Shown: positions 27,731-37,035 of the stretch, piece after piece
How positions within the stretch are numbered: the first letter of the stretch is position 1
Layout of the letters: each line of letters begins with the position of its first letter
Assembly (NCBI GenBank): GCA_003242735.2
Contig: QGVH02000005.1
Coordinates: 17,055 to 81,054, forward strand
Source of the DNA: a bacterium
Lineage (GTDB): Bacteria > Gemmatimonadota > Gemmatimonadetes > Longimicrobiales > RSA9
Length of the DNA: 64,000 bases
Reading direction: 5' to 3'
Notes under the pieces: generated by a model
Database searches by the model: none
Told to the model about the DNA's origin: nothing
Seen by the model: only the letters and a program-made list of their open reading frames with translations
Made by a program: the position numbers and the translations under genes

Positions 27731-27758
27731 AAAGAAAAGGCCCCCGCGAACGGGGGCC
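27731..27758 (-). terminator. intrinsic terminator of gene 27782..28426
   Basis: Minus strand reads GGCCCCCG-TTCG-CGGGGGCC followed by TTTTCTTT. Confidence 0.65.
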
Positions 27759-27781
27759 CCGGTAAGGTCGCCCGTGGTCGC

Positions 27782-28426
27782 TCACGGGGACTGTCGCGTC
27801 GTGTCCGACGAGCCGCTGCCCGGTCCCATCATCGGCGTCGTCCCCGCGGCCCCCGTCCCCGTGTCCGCCGGCTGCTGGGCCCCGGTCGTGCCCGGCGCGG
27901 TGGTGCCTGGTGCGGCCTGTTGCCCGCCTTCCAGGGGCGCGATGAAGAGGTCCTCGTGGATGGTCCAGCCGGCGGCCGGACGGAGGTTGGCGCGCTCACG
28001 CCACGTCCGGACCCGATCGCCCGTCGCCGGCGCGAGCCGGCCCGTAACGTGGACGGACTCGCCGGAGTTGCGCTTCTCCTCCGTGACGACGAACAGCACG
28101 GCGTCTTGATCCGTGAGGATCCAGTAGCCCTCCTCGATGGGCTGGCCCACCACCGTGCCCCGGGTCGTGACGGTGCGCCCGGCGTCTTCCGTGCCCAGCG
28201 GCATCAGCGTCCCCAGCTCGACGGCTTGGGCCGCCCCCGGCTCCACGGTCGGCGCGGGGACCGCGGCCGGCGCCCCAGCGGGCTCGACTTCCTCGACCTC
28301 GGCGACCTGCGTCTCATCCGTGTCCACCATTTCCGCGATCGCCCAGATGAGGAGCGCGAGCACGAGCAGACCGATGATCCACGGCCAGACCGAAGGGCCC
28401 TTGCGCTCGACGTTGATGTCGGCCAT
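27782..28426 (-). CDS. hypothetical single-pass membrane protein (214 aa)
   Basis: MADINVERKGPSVWPWIIGLLVLALLIWAI (TM helix) after GGAAGGAGG. An acidic linker, then a globular segment, then a Gly/Thr/Pro-rich tail. Confidence 0.7.
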   Translation of the reverse strand: MADINVERKGPSVWPWIIGLLVLALLIWAIAEMVDTDETQVAEVEEVEPAGAPAAVPAPTVEPGAAQAVELGTLMPLGTEDAGRTVTTRGTVVGQPIEEGYWILTDQDAVLFVVTEEKRNSGESVHVTGRLAPATGDRVRTWRERANLRPAAGWTIHEDLFIAPLEGGQQAAPGTTAPGTTGAQQPADTGTGAAGTTPMMGPGSGSSDTTRQSP

Positions 28427-28595
28427 CGAAGCGTTCCTCCTTCCCCCAGACTCCACGCGCCGGGGCTGCCGCGACCCGGCCCGCAACCCAAAGTCGCAAT
28501 TTGCGTTCCCCGGATGGAACGCAAGACCGCCGCGGCGCGGCGCACGGGGGCCCGTACACCGGCCGACGGCGGTCCCTGGGGGAAGGAGACGCCCG

Positions 28596-29747
28596 CTACT
28601 CGACGCGCTTGGCGATCCGCACGCCGCGCCGGTCCAGCTCGGCGACGTACGCCTCGGCCGGCACGCCCTGGTCCGGCGTGAAGACGCCGCGCTTCGCGAT
28701 CCGGCCGTCCACCTGCATCACGCCCGTGATCGCGAGCGAGAAACCGGTCGTCCGCTCCATCGCGCTGATGCCGGTCTGCTCGTCGTAGTAGTCGAGCAGG
28801 TCGTAGACGATGCGGCGCGGCTTGCCGTCCTTCTCACCCTCCACCTCGACCCGCAGCGCCACGAGGTCCCGGCCCTCCGGCCGCCGCAACCGCGGCTCCA
28901 CGCACGCGATGAACAACTCCCGCGGCACCACCCGCTGGCCCTTCACCTCCACCGGGTCGGTGCCGAGCAGGCCCAGGTCCCGGATCGCCCGCATGATCTC
29001 CGCATGGCCCGGGTAGCGCAGCGTCTTGTACTCCATGCTGCGCACCTTCCCCTGGTACGTCCACGGCAGCGTGGACAGCCCGCCGGCCGTGTGGAACGCC
29101 TCGAGCGTGCCGACCGGCGCGGGGAACTCCACCGACTCGATCTCGGTCAGCGCCTCGACCTGCCGCGGCTCGCCGTCCCGCAGCACCCACGACGCCGTCG
29201 TGTAGTAGTCCAGCACGCCCTCGAGCGAATACACGATCTGGTAATTGAGCGGCGGCTTCGGGTCCTGCGGCAGGCCGCCGACCCGGATCTTCACCGTGTC
29301 GGCCCGGTCCAGCTCCGCGATCCCCGCCGCAGCCAGGATGTTCACCATCCCGGGCGCGAGCCCGCAGTCCGGGATGACGCTCACCCCGCGCTCCCGGGCC
29401 TGCTCGTCGAGCTCGAGCTGCTGGAAGACGATGCCCGTGTTGCCGCCGAGGTCCGCGTAGTGGATCCCCGCCCGGACCGCCAGCTTCGCCATCGGGAGGT
29501 TGAAGTAGTACGGCAGCGCGTTCATGCACGCGTCCGCACGGCCCATCGCGGCAAGGACCGCGTCCTCGTCCCGGGCGTCCAGCCGCAGGAGCTCGAGCCG
29601 CGGGCTGCCGCGATCCTTCTCCAGGAACGGCGGCAGCCGGTCCACGTTCAGGTCCGCGAGAACGACGCGCTCGACGGCGTCGTTCCGCAACAGGTCGTAT
29701 GCGCAGGCCGACCCTTGCAGCCCCGCGCCCAGCACCAGCGCACGCAT
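28596..29747 (-). CDS. saccharopine dehydrogenase family oxidoreductase
   Basis: Rossmann motif MRALVLGAGLQGSACAYDL and the typical C-terminal sequence YPGHAEIMRAIRDLGL. Start after GGAGAGGAG. Confidence 0.85.
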   Translation of the reverse strand: MRALVLGAGLQGSACAYDLLRNDAVERVVLADLNVDRLPPFLEKDRGSPRLELLRLDARDEDAVLAAMGRADACMNALPYYFNLPMAKLAVRAGIHYADLGGNTGIVFQQLELDEQARERGVSVIPDCGLAPGMVNILAAAGIAELDRADTVKIRVGGLPQDPKPPLNYQIVYSLEGVLDYYTTASWVLRDGEPRQVEALTEIESVEFPAPVGTLEAFHTAGGLSTLPWTYQGKVRSMEYKTLRYPGHAEIMRAIRDLGLLGTDPVEVKGQRVVPRELFIACVEPRLRRPEGRDLVALRVEVEGEKDGKPRRIVYDLLDYYDEQTGISAMERTTGFSLAITGVMQVDGRIAKRGVFTPDQGVPAEAYVAELDRRGVRIAKRVE

Positions 29748-29889
29748 GGTCTCCTCTCCACAGAAAGAGCGGCCCCAGTGCACGCCGTGAGGCCGCCCGG
29801 TTCGACGAACGGACAGGCGTTAGGCGTTTTGCTCGCCAGCAGAGTGCGGCGCCGAGGGCGTGTTTGTCAACGCCTCGTGCTCGTCCGCG

Positions 29890-32280
29890 CTAGCGCCGAT
29901 CCCGCTCCGGCAGCCGGAGCGGCGGCCCGGGCCGGCCGAGGAGCCGGGGCCGCCGCTCGCCCCGCGGCTCGTCGTCCCGCTCCTCGCGCTCTTCCTGCGC
30001 CGGCTGCCGGCCCACATCCCCGGCCTCGTGCCCCCGGCCGCGCCCGCCCGTCGCGGTGTCGGCCCGCGCGCCTTCAACGCCATCGCCGGCGTCGTGTCGC
30101 GCCTCGTCCGTGCCGGCCGGCCAGGGCCGCTGCGGCTGGCTGTCCCCGGGCGCGCGCCACCACGGCACGTACTCCTCGCCCAACAGCGAGTCCTCCAGCG
30201 CCGAGTCGGGCATGCTGGGGACGAGGATGCGGCCGCAGCGGCCGGCCGGCGCCGTGCCGGCCAGGAAGTACTCGGCACGCACGGGCCCGCTCGCCCAGCA
30301 GCCGGGTTGGATGATCGCGCCCGACGCATCGATGAGACGGGTCTCGACCCCGGGCGGCGGCCTCCAGTCCGGCCCGGCCGCGGCCGGGAGCCGCCGCATG
30401 ACCCGGCCCCACACCGGCGCCGCGAGCCGGCCGCCCGTCGCGCCGGCCACGATGGGCTGCGGCCGGTCCAAGCCGATCCACACCCCGGCCGCGAGCGACG
30501 GCGTGACGCCGATGAACCACACGTCCGTCGCGTCGTTCGTCGTCCCCGTCTTCCCCGCCGCAGGGCCGGTGTAGCCGACGGCGCGCACCGCCGTCCCCGT
30601 GCCGCGGTCCACGACATCCCGCATCATGTCCAGCACCAGGAAGGCGACGCCGGGGTCGAGCACGCGCCGGCGGCGCACCTCCGGGCGCCAGAGCACTCGC
30701 CCCGCACGGTCCTCGACCCGGAGGATGAAGCGCGGCTCGACGCGCCGGCCGAGCGCGGCGAACGCCGCGTACGCCGCCGTCATGTCCAGCAGCGAGACGC
30801 CGCCCGCGCCGATGGCGATGGACGGGTACTCCGGTAGGTCGCCGTCCACGCCGAGCCGCCGCGCCAAGGCGATGACGTCCCGGATCCCGACCTCCTGCGC
30901 CAGCCGCACCGTCGCCACGTTCCGCGACTGCACCAGCGCCTCCCGCATGGAGATCGGCCCCGCGTAACTGCCGCCGAAGTTGCGCGGCGCCCAGGTACGC
31001 CCCCCGGCCTGCACGACCCGCAACGGCGAGTCGTCCAGCACGTGCGTCGTCGTGTAGCCCTCCGCCACCGCCGCCGCGTACACGAACGGCTTGAACGCGC
31101 TGCCCGGCTGCCGCCGCGACTGCACCGCGCGGTCGAACTGCGAGTCCCGGAAGTCGCGGCCGCCCACCAGCGCCAGCACGTCTCCCGTCTCCACGTCCAT
31201 CACCACCATGGCGCCCTGGAGGTACGGCGTGGCCGACTCCGCGGTGTCCGCCGGCGCGCGGCGCGGACGGTAGCGCGGGTGCCGGTACGGCCCGTACGCG
31301 CCGGCCTCGATGGCGGCGAGCTGACGCCGGAGCTCCGCCTCCGCCACCTCCTGCGCCCGGCGGTCCAACGTCGTGTAGATCCGCAACCCGCCCGTGTACA
31401 CGGCCTCGCCGAACCGGCGCTCCACGATCTGCCGCGCCAGCTCCACGAAGTAGCCGGCCGTCCGGTCCTCCCCGCCGCTGTCCCGCGCCAGCCGCAACGG
31501 CGCCGCCATCGCCTCTGCCGCCTCCGCTCCCGTGATGAACCCCTCGGCCGCCATGCGCCGGAGCACCGACTGACGCCGCGCCACGGCCAGCGTCCGGTTC
31601 ACCCGCGGATTCAGCCGCGACGGCGCACGGACGATCCCCGCGAGCAGCGCCGCCTCCGCCAGCGTCAGCTCCGAGGCCGGCTTGCCGAAGTAGACCCGCG
31701 ACGCCGCCTCGATGCCCCACGCGCCGCTGCCGAAGTAGATCTGGTTGATGTACAGCTCGAGGATCTCCTCCTTGTCGTACGTCTGCTCAATGGCCCGCGC
31801 GACCCGGATCTCACCCAGCTTGCGCCCCAGCGTCCGCTCACGCGCCGGCAACCGGTCCGGGAACAGGTTCCGCGCGAGCTGCATCGTGATGGTGCTGAAC
31901 CCTTCGGCGATGCCGCCCGCGCGCAGGTTCGCCCACGCCGCCCCGAGGGCGCGCGTCCAGTCCACGCCGTCGTGCTCGTAGAAGCGACGGTCCTCGATGG
32001 CGACGAACGCCTGAGGCACGTACCCGGGCAGCGAGTCCAGAGGCACGACGACGCGTTGCACCCGGTACAGCTTCACGAGCTCCTCGCCGTCCCGGTCCAG
32101 CACCACCGACGCCTCGTCCGGCACGTAGCCGCGGAGCAGACGCACGTCCGGGCAGCCGCGCAATCCGCAGGTCATGTAGAGGGTGAACAACGCCACCGCG
32201 CCCACCGCGAGCGCCACCGCCACCACCCCGAGGATCACCCCGCCCGTGCGCCGCACGGGACTCGCCCTGGCACGGCCCAT
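29890..32280 (-). CDS. mrcA: bifunctional class-A penicillin-binding protein (PBP1A: glycosyltransferase GT51 plus transpeptidase)
   Basis: GT51 motifs EDRRFYEHDGVD and GFSTITMQLARN. Transpeptidase motifs SAFKP (SxxK), QSRN (SxN) and KTGTTND. N-terminal TM anchor. The rest of ORF 29890..33597 is antisense to paaA. Confidence 0.93.
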   Translation of the reverse strand: MGRARASPVRRTGGVILGVVAVALAVGAVALFTLYMTCGLRGCPDVRLLRGYVPDEASVVLDRDGEELVKLYRVQRVVVPLDSLPGYVPQAFVAIEDRRFYEHDGVDWTRALGAAWANLRAGGIAEGFSTITMQLARNLFPDRLPARERTLGRKLGEIRVARAIEQTYDKEEILELYINQIYFGSGAWGIEAASRVYFGKPASELTLAEAALLAGIVRAPSRLNPRVNRTLAVARRQSVLRRMAAEGFITGAEAAEAMAAPLRLARDSGGEDRTAGYFVELARQIVERRFGEAVYTGGLRIYTTLDRRAQEVAEAELRRQLAAIEAGAYGPYRHPRYRPRRAPADTAESATPYLQGAMVVMDVETGDVLALVGGRDFRDSQFDRAVQSRRQPGSAFKPFVYAAAVAEGYTTTHVLDDSPLRVVQAGGRTWAPRNFGGSYAGPISMREALVQSRNVATVRLAQEVGIRDVIALARRLGVDGDLPEYPSIAIGAGGVSLLDMTAAYAAFAALGRRVEPRFILRVEDRAGRVLWRPEVRRRRVLDPGVAFLVLDMMRDVVDRGTGTAVRAVGYTGPAAGKTGTTNDATDVWFIGVTPSLAAGVWIGLDRPQPIVAGATGGRLAAPVWGRVMRRLPAAAGPDWRPPPGVETRLIDASGAIIQPGCWASGPVRAEYFLAGTAPAGRCGRILVPSMPDSALEDSLLGEEYVPWWRAPGDSQPQRPWPAGTDEARHDAGDGVEGARADTATGGRGRGHEAGDVGRQPAQEEREERDDEPRGERRPRLLGRPGPPLRLPERDRR

Positions 32281-32685
32281 CCCGGGCGGCGAGGGGCAAG
32301 GACGGGGCCAGGCCCCTGCTCTTTCGGTGGCGGCCACACCGCCCCGCCCCGGAAACCCGCGTGCCGGTGGCCCCGACCCGCTTCTCCGCCGGGCCAAGGG
32401 GCGGGCGGGATCAAGAGAACGGAGCGTGCAGGGAGCAGCCCGCGGTGAGTGAGGCCGCGGATCACCAGCGGGGCTGTGGCCGGCGGCTTGCGCCACCGCC
32501 GGGAACCAGCCGGCCACCGGGCCGGTAGAGGACCTGCCCCGTACCCCCGGGCCCGCGCCGGACCGGCGCCGGGGCCCACGCCGCCCGTCGCGGCGGCCGG
32601 GCCGCCGCAAGACGGCTTGCGCCGGACAACGCCCCACGTTACCATGGGCGAACTCGAACGAACGTTCGAAAAGCCGAGGTGCCCC

Positions 32686-33630
32686 ATGAGCCGCTTCTCC
32701 GAAGAGGAACTCAAACAGAAGGTCCAGAACGGCTACATCCTCGAGTCGCCCGACGAGATGACCGAGGGGTACCGCAAGGCGCTGATCGTCCAGCTCACGG
32801 TGCAGGCCGACACGGAACTCATGAGCGCGCCCGCCTACTGGCTGGCGGCGAAGGACGCACCCTCCATCAACACACAGGTCTCGGCCGTCGCCATCATCCA
32901 GGACGAGCTCGCCCACGCCAACATCGCGTACCGGCTCCTCGAGGACCTGGGACTCGACAAGGAGAAGCTGATCTACGGCCGCGAGCCGCACGAGTTCAAA
33001 CACCCGTACGGCTTCGACCAGCCGCTCGAGAACTGGGCCGAGCTCGTCACCGCCAACGGCTTCTACGACCGCGCGGGCATCACGCTGCTGAGCGACGTGT
33101 ACCGCAACACCAGCTACGGCCCGCTCAAGCGCGCGCTGGTGAAGGTAGACCTCGAGGAGACCTTCCACCTGCGGCACGGCGAGGTGTGGATGCGACGGCT
33201 GGCGCAGGCCGGGGGCGAGGCGAGGGAGCAGCTCCAGCGCGCCGTGGATTGGATGTTCCCCATGACCATCGAGTGGTTCGGACTGCCCGACCACCTCAAG
33301 CGGCACAGCGACCAGCTGGAATACCGGCTGAAGGGAATGACCAACGACCAGCTCCGGCAGGCCTGGATGGCCGCGACCGTGCCGCTGTGCGAGTCCATCG
33401 GCATCAAGGTTCCGGCTCACTACGATGAGCAGCGCGGCGAGTACGTGCTCGACTACCCGTTCCCGTGCGAGTACGACCCGGAGGCGAAGCGCTGGCTCTT
33501 CGAGGAGGGCGAGATCTCGTGGGAGCAGGTGTTCAAGCGCTGGAAGGCGCGGGGCCCGATGAACGAGCGATACGTGGAGGCGGTGCGGCGGAGCCACGGC
33601 GACCTGAACCGGCTGCTGGAGGCGGCGTGA
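32686..33630 (+). CDS. paaA: 1,2-phenylacetyl-CoA epoxidase subunit A-like diiron oxygenase
   Basis: Diiron ligand motifs QDELAHANIAY and EETFHLRHG. ATG 32686 preceded by GAGGTG. ATG 32644 is an alternative start. Confidence 0.88.
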   Translation: MSRFSEEELKQKVQNGYILESPDEMTEGYRKALIVQLTVQADTELMSAPAYWLAAKDAPSINTQVSAVAIIQDELAHANIAYRLLEDLGLDKEKLIYGREPHEFKHPYGFDQPLENWAELVTANGFYDRAGITLLSDVYRNTSYGPLKRALVKVDLEETFHLRHGEVWMRRLAQAGGEAREQLQRAVDWMFPMTIEWFGLPDHLKRHSDQLEYRLKGMTNDQLRQAWMAATVPLCESIGIKVPAHYDEQRGEYVLDYPFPCEYDPEAKRWLFEEGEISWEQVFKRWKARGPMNERYVEAVRRSHGDLNRLLEAA

Positions 33631-34001
33631 ACGGTGGTTCCGCGCGCCTGAAGGACGCGGTGGCCCCCGCGCCGGGGCCCAGCGCGGCGGCGCCCGAAAC
33701 CGCCTCCCTCTGGTCGGCGCTCCGCGACGTCCGGGACCCCGAGTTCCCCATCAGCGTCGTGGACCTCGGCCTCGTCTACGACATCCGCCGCGCAGGCGCA
33801 CGCGTCGAAGTGGATCTCACGTTCACCGCGACGGCCTGCCCCTGCATGGACTTCATTCGCGATGACGTGCGAGACCGGTTGCTGAAGGAGCCGGGCGTCG
33901 AGGAGGTCGAAATCCGCGTGGTGTGGGATCCGCCGTGGACGGTCGACCGCATGACCGAGGAGGGCCGCGCCGCGCTGCGCCGCCTCGGCGTCGCCGCCTG
34001 A
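33627..34001 (+). CDS. paaD: DUF59/MIP18-type protein corresponding to the N-terminal domain of PaaD
   Basis: The GTG start overlaps the paaA stop (GTGA). VRDPEFPISVVDLGLVYDI and TFTATACPC resemble the E. coli PaaD N-terminal half. Confidence 0.75.
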   Translation: MNGGSARLKDAVAPAPGPSAAAPETASLWSALRDVRDPEFPISVVDLGLVYDIRRAGARVEVDLTFTATACPCMDFIRDDVRDRLLKEPGVEEVEIRVVWDPPWTVDRMTEEGRAALRRLGVAA

Positions 34002-34023
34002 TGCGGGCGGGGGAGGAGCCGCG

Positions 34024-34275
34024 ATGGTCTACGAGGTTTTCGCGCGCAAGAGCCGGGGCGAGCCGCTCCGCCACATCGGCAACGTGAACGCGCCGGACGA
34101 CCAGCTCGCCCGGGTGTACGCGTACACCACGTACGACGAGGAGAAGTGGTTCGACATGTGGGTGGTCCCCCGGGACCGCATGATCCAGGTGTTCAACCGC
34201 GGCGATGCGGAGCCGTCGGCTCCCGCGCAGAAGCGCGCGGAGCGGGGCGAGGCCGCCGCCACACAGGGGGCGTGA
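34024..34275 (+). CDS. paaB: phenylacetyl-CoA epoxidase subunit B
   Basis: MVYEVFARKSRGEPLRHIGNVNAPD...YDEEKWFDMWVVPR is typical of PaaB. Confidence 0.88.
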   Translation: MVYEVFARKSRGEPLRHIGNVNAPDDQLARVYAYTTYDEEKWFDMWVVPRDRMIQVFNRGDAEPSAPAQKRAERGEAAATQGA

Positions 34276-34276
34276 C

Positions 34277-35071
34277 GTGAGCACGGTGGACATGGAGACC
34301 CCACTGCCGGAGGCGGTCCGCACGGGCGTGCGCGACCTGGTGCTCGTGCTCGCGGACAGCAAGCGGCTGCTCGGCATGCGTTACGCGGAGTGGATGTTGG
34401 GCGCGCCGGAGCTCGAGGCCTCCATCGCGTGCTCGTCCATGGCGCAGGACGAGTGGGGCCATGCGCGGCTGCTCTATGCGCTGCTGCGCGACTTCGGCGA
34501 AGACGTCTCCCACATCGAGCACGGCCGTGAAGCCCACGAGTACTACAACATCGAGCTGCTGGACCGCGCCGCCGGGAGCTGGCCGGACCTCGTCGCCCTC
34601 AATGCCCTCGTGGACACCGCCCTCACCATCCAGCTCGAGGCGCTCCGGGAATCCGCGTACGCACCCGTCCGGCAACGGGTGGGCAAGCTCCTCGAGGAGG
34701 AGCGCTTCCACGGTGCGCACGCGGCAGCGTGGGTCAGCCGCTTCGCGCGCTCCAGCGCCCGCGCACGCGATGCGATGGCCGGCGCGCTGCAGCGGATCCT
34801 GCCCGACGTGCTCCGCTGGTTCGGCCCGGACTCGCCGAGCGTGTCGCTCGTGCCCGCGGGCATCGTGGACGCCGAGGGCAGCGCGCTGCGCGTCCGGCTC
34901 GCCGAGCGGGTGGCGCCGCTGTTCGAGGCGGTCGGCCTCACGGCCGCGGTCACGGAGCCGGACTTCACCGGCTTCGACGAAGCTCGCCGCCGCACCTCCC
35001 GGAGCGGCCCCGATCCGGACACCCTCGCCCGCATCCGCGGCGACAAGAACCGCGTGTTCTTGATGGACTGA
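34277..35071 (+). CDS. paaC: phenylacetyl-CoA epoxidase subunit C
   Basis: QDEWGHARLL and EEERFHGAH motifs. GTG at 34277 lies 2 nt after the paaB stop. ATG 34292 is an alternative start. Confidence 0.85.
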   Translation: MSTVDMETPLPEAVRTGVRDLVLVLADSKRLLGMRYAEWMLGAPELEASIACSSMAQDEWGHARLLYALLRDFGEDVSHIEHGREAHEYYNIELLDRAAGSWPDLVALNALVDTALTIQLEALRESAYAPVRQRVGKLLEEERFHGAHAAAWVSRFARSSARARDAMAGALQRILPDVLRWFGPDSPSVSLVPAGIVDAEGSALRVRLAERVAPLFEAVGLTAAVTEPDFTGFDEARRRTSRSGPDPDTLARIRGDKNRVFLMD

Positions 35072-35074
35072 CCA

Positions 35075-35302
35075 ATGGACTCCCGCGCCCGCGCCGACTG
35101 GACCGCCGCGGTGTTCGGCCTGCCCGCCCGGGCCGTCTGCCCGTTCTGCGGAGGCGACGACACCGAGCTGCACTCGCCGTTCGGCTCCGCGCTCTCCGTG
35201 GTCACCTACTGGTGCCACCGCTGCCACACGGCGTTCGAGCGGTTCAAGCGGGAAGGCGACGCCGGGCGCGGGGAGACGTCAGCGGCCGAGCTGCGCCCGT
35301 AG
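35075..35302 (+). CDS. zinc-ribbon protein corresponding to the C-terminal domain of PaaD
   Basis: VCPFCGGDDTELHSPFGS...YWCHRCHTAFERFK parallels the E. coli PaaD C-terminus (CPRC...ISEFGS...YRCDSCREPFDYFK). Starts 3 nt after the paaC stop. Confidence 0.7.
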   Translation: MDSRARADWTAAVFGLPARAVCPFCGGDDTELHSPFGSALSVVTYWCHRCHTAFERFKREGDAGRGETSAAELRP

Positions 35303-36301
35303 CCACGCGACCGTTTCCGGCAACCCTTCGGCCAGCGGCCGCGGGACCCAGCCCAGCTCCCGGGTCGCCTTGGCGTGGGAGTGGAGCCAACGCCACCCGT
35401 TCACCATCTCGACGTTCTCCCGGTTGATCGAAGTCCGGAGCCCGGTCACGCGCGCGATCACGTCCATCAGGGTGGCGCTGATCCGCAGCACGGGCCCGGG
35501 GAAGCGGAACGGCGGCGGACGTCGGCCGGCGAGCCGCGCCACGCGCCGCGCGAATTCATCCATCCGCATGTGCTCGCCCGAGAGCACGTACGTCTCGCCC
35601 GGCCGTCCCCGCTCCGCCGCGGCCACGATCCCCTCCGCCACATCATCCACGTGCACGTACGACCACCACGCCGGCCGCGTCGGCAGACCGGGCACCCGCC
35701 CGCGGATCAGGTCCATCATGAAGAGGGCGTGCGGGCTGCGGTCGCCCGGCCCGTACACCACCGCGGGACACACGATGATGAGCGGCACGCCGCGACGCTG
35801 CGCAGCGACGGCGAGACGATGCGCCTCCGTCTTCGTCCGCTCGTACGTGGAACGGTAGCGATCGCCCGGATGCTCCGTCGTCTCATCGCCCTCGCCCTCC
35901 GGCACGGGCCCGAGCGCTGCGGTCGTCGAGACGTAGACCGCGCGCGGCGTGCCCGCCCGCTCGACCGCGGCAATGAAGGCGCGGGTGCCCTCGATGTTCG
36001 TGCGCTCGAGCGCCGCCACGTCCACGAGGCCCATCTCGTAGGCGCCGGCCATGTGGATCGCCAGCGCCGCCCCGTCCAGGCCGCGTGCGAGCACGGCAGC
36101 GTCGTGCAGCTCACCGCACACGAGCTCCGCGCCCGCACGCTCGAGGTCCTTCGTGTCGGACGAGGCGCGCACGAGGCACCGCAGCCGGTACCCCCGCTCA
36201 CGCAGGAGCCGCGCGACCCGGCTGCCGATGAACCCCGTCGCGCCCGTGAGGAACGCGATGGGCTCGGCCCCCGCCCGTCCGTCCGGGAGGTGCTCGCTCA
36301 T
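35279..36301 (-). CDS. NAD-dependent epimerase/dehydratase (extended SDR)
   Basis: LTGATGFIGSRV Rossmann motif and YERTKTEAH (YxxxK). Confidence 0.88.
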   Translation of the reverse strand: MSEHLPDGRAGAEPIAFLTGATGFIGSRVARLLRERGYRLRCLVRASSDTKDLERAGAELVCGELHDAAVLARGLDGAALAIHMAGAYEMGLVDVAALERTNIEGTRAFIAAVERAGTPRAVYVSTTAALGPVPEGEGDETTEHPGDRYRSTYERTKTEAHRLAVAAQRRGVPLIIVCPAVVYGPGDRSPHALFMMDLIRGRVPGLPTRPAWWSYVHVDDVAEGIVAAAERGRPGETYVLSGEHMRMDEFARRVARLAGRRPPPFRFPGPVLRISATLMDVIARVTGLRTSINRENVEMVNGWRWLHSHAKATRELGWVPRPLAEGLPETVAWLRAQLGR

Positions 36302-36348
36302 TGACGCCGTCTCGCGGTGTCCGCGGAACCGTCCCGACTCCCGCTCCC

Positions 36349-36666
36349 TCAGCCGGCCGGCTCCGCCGTCCAGCCGATCCGGACTGCCTCGCCGTCCGCC
36401 GCCGAGACGACCACGTCGATCTCGCGAAGGCGCTCGAGCCGGTCCGCGCGGGCGCGGCCGCTGGTCGCCCCGATGCCGTGGATGAGGACCACGCGCTCCG
36501 AGCCGTCCGGCCCGATCAGGCGGAGCGAGCGGCCCGGGCGCAGGAGCGCCATCGTCGGATCGCCCTCGGTCACGCGCAGACGGAGCATGTACCCGCGGAG
36601 CGGGACAGGAACCACATCAGAGACACGGAAACGGGCTACCCCGCTGATGGAAGCGTTCGTCGACAT
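36349..36666 (-). CDS. hypothetical protein (105 aa)
   Basis: Complete ORF directly upstream of the epimerase on the same strand, with ordinary composition. Confidence 0.5.
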   Translation of the reverse strand: MSTNASISGVARFRVSDVVPVPLRGYMLRLRVTEGDPTMALLRPGRSLRLIGPDGSERVVLIHGIGATSGRARADRLERLREIDVVVSAADGEAVRIGWTAEPAG

Positions 36667-36781
36667 CGATCGAAACAGCGAAAGGTTCGGCCATCACACC
36701 GCGCAACCGCGCGGCCGTGGGCAGGGTACACGCCGCAGCGCGGCGCGTCAACGCCCTCCCCCTTGGTTTACCCCGACACCC

Positions 36782-36810
36782 TTGACTTTCGCCCCCGGCA
36801 GGCGTACCTT
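36782..36810 (+). promoter_or_regulatory. candidate sigma-70 promoter TTGACT-N17-TACCTT for the cold-shock gene
   Basis: Read from the sequence. Implies a 5' UTR of about 220 nt, as is usual for cspA-type genes. Confidence 0.4.
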
Positions 36811-37035
36811 GTGGCTCAGTGTGACCCCGCCCAACGCAGGGACGGGGCTTCGGTTGCGCGGGTGAATCGTTGAAATCCAACAGGGAGCCTGCGGACACAC
36901 GCGGGCTCCCTGTTGCTTCTTGGGCATGCGCCGGCCGCGCGCGCTGAGTCGCGGCGAGCGTCAGAGGGTACGGGTCATCGCACCGTAACCCCCGGACACA
37001 CACAGAGCCAAACCTTTCCACACAGGAGTATCGCG

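Noticed and set aside
29890-33597. A 1235-aa ORF that looks like one giant protein.
   Set aside because: Only the C-terminal 796 aa (from MGRARASPV at 32280) are PBP1A. The upstream part is Arg/Pro-rich and antisense to paaA, which has clear diiron motifs on the plus strand.
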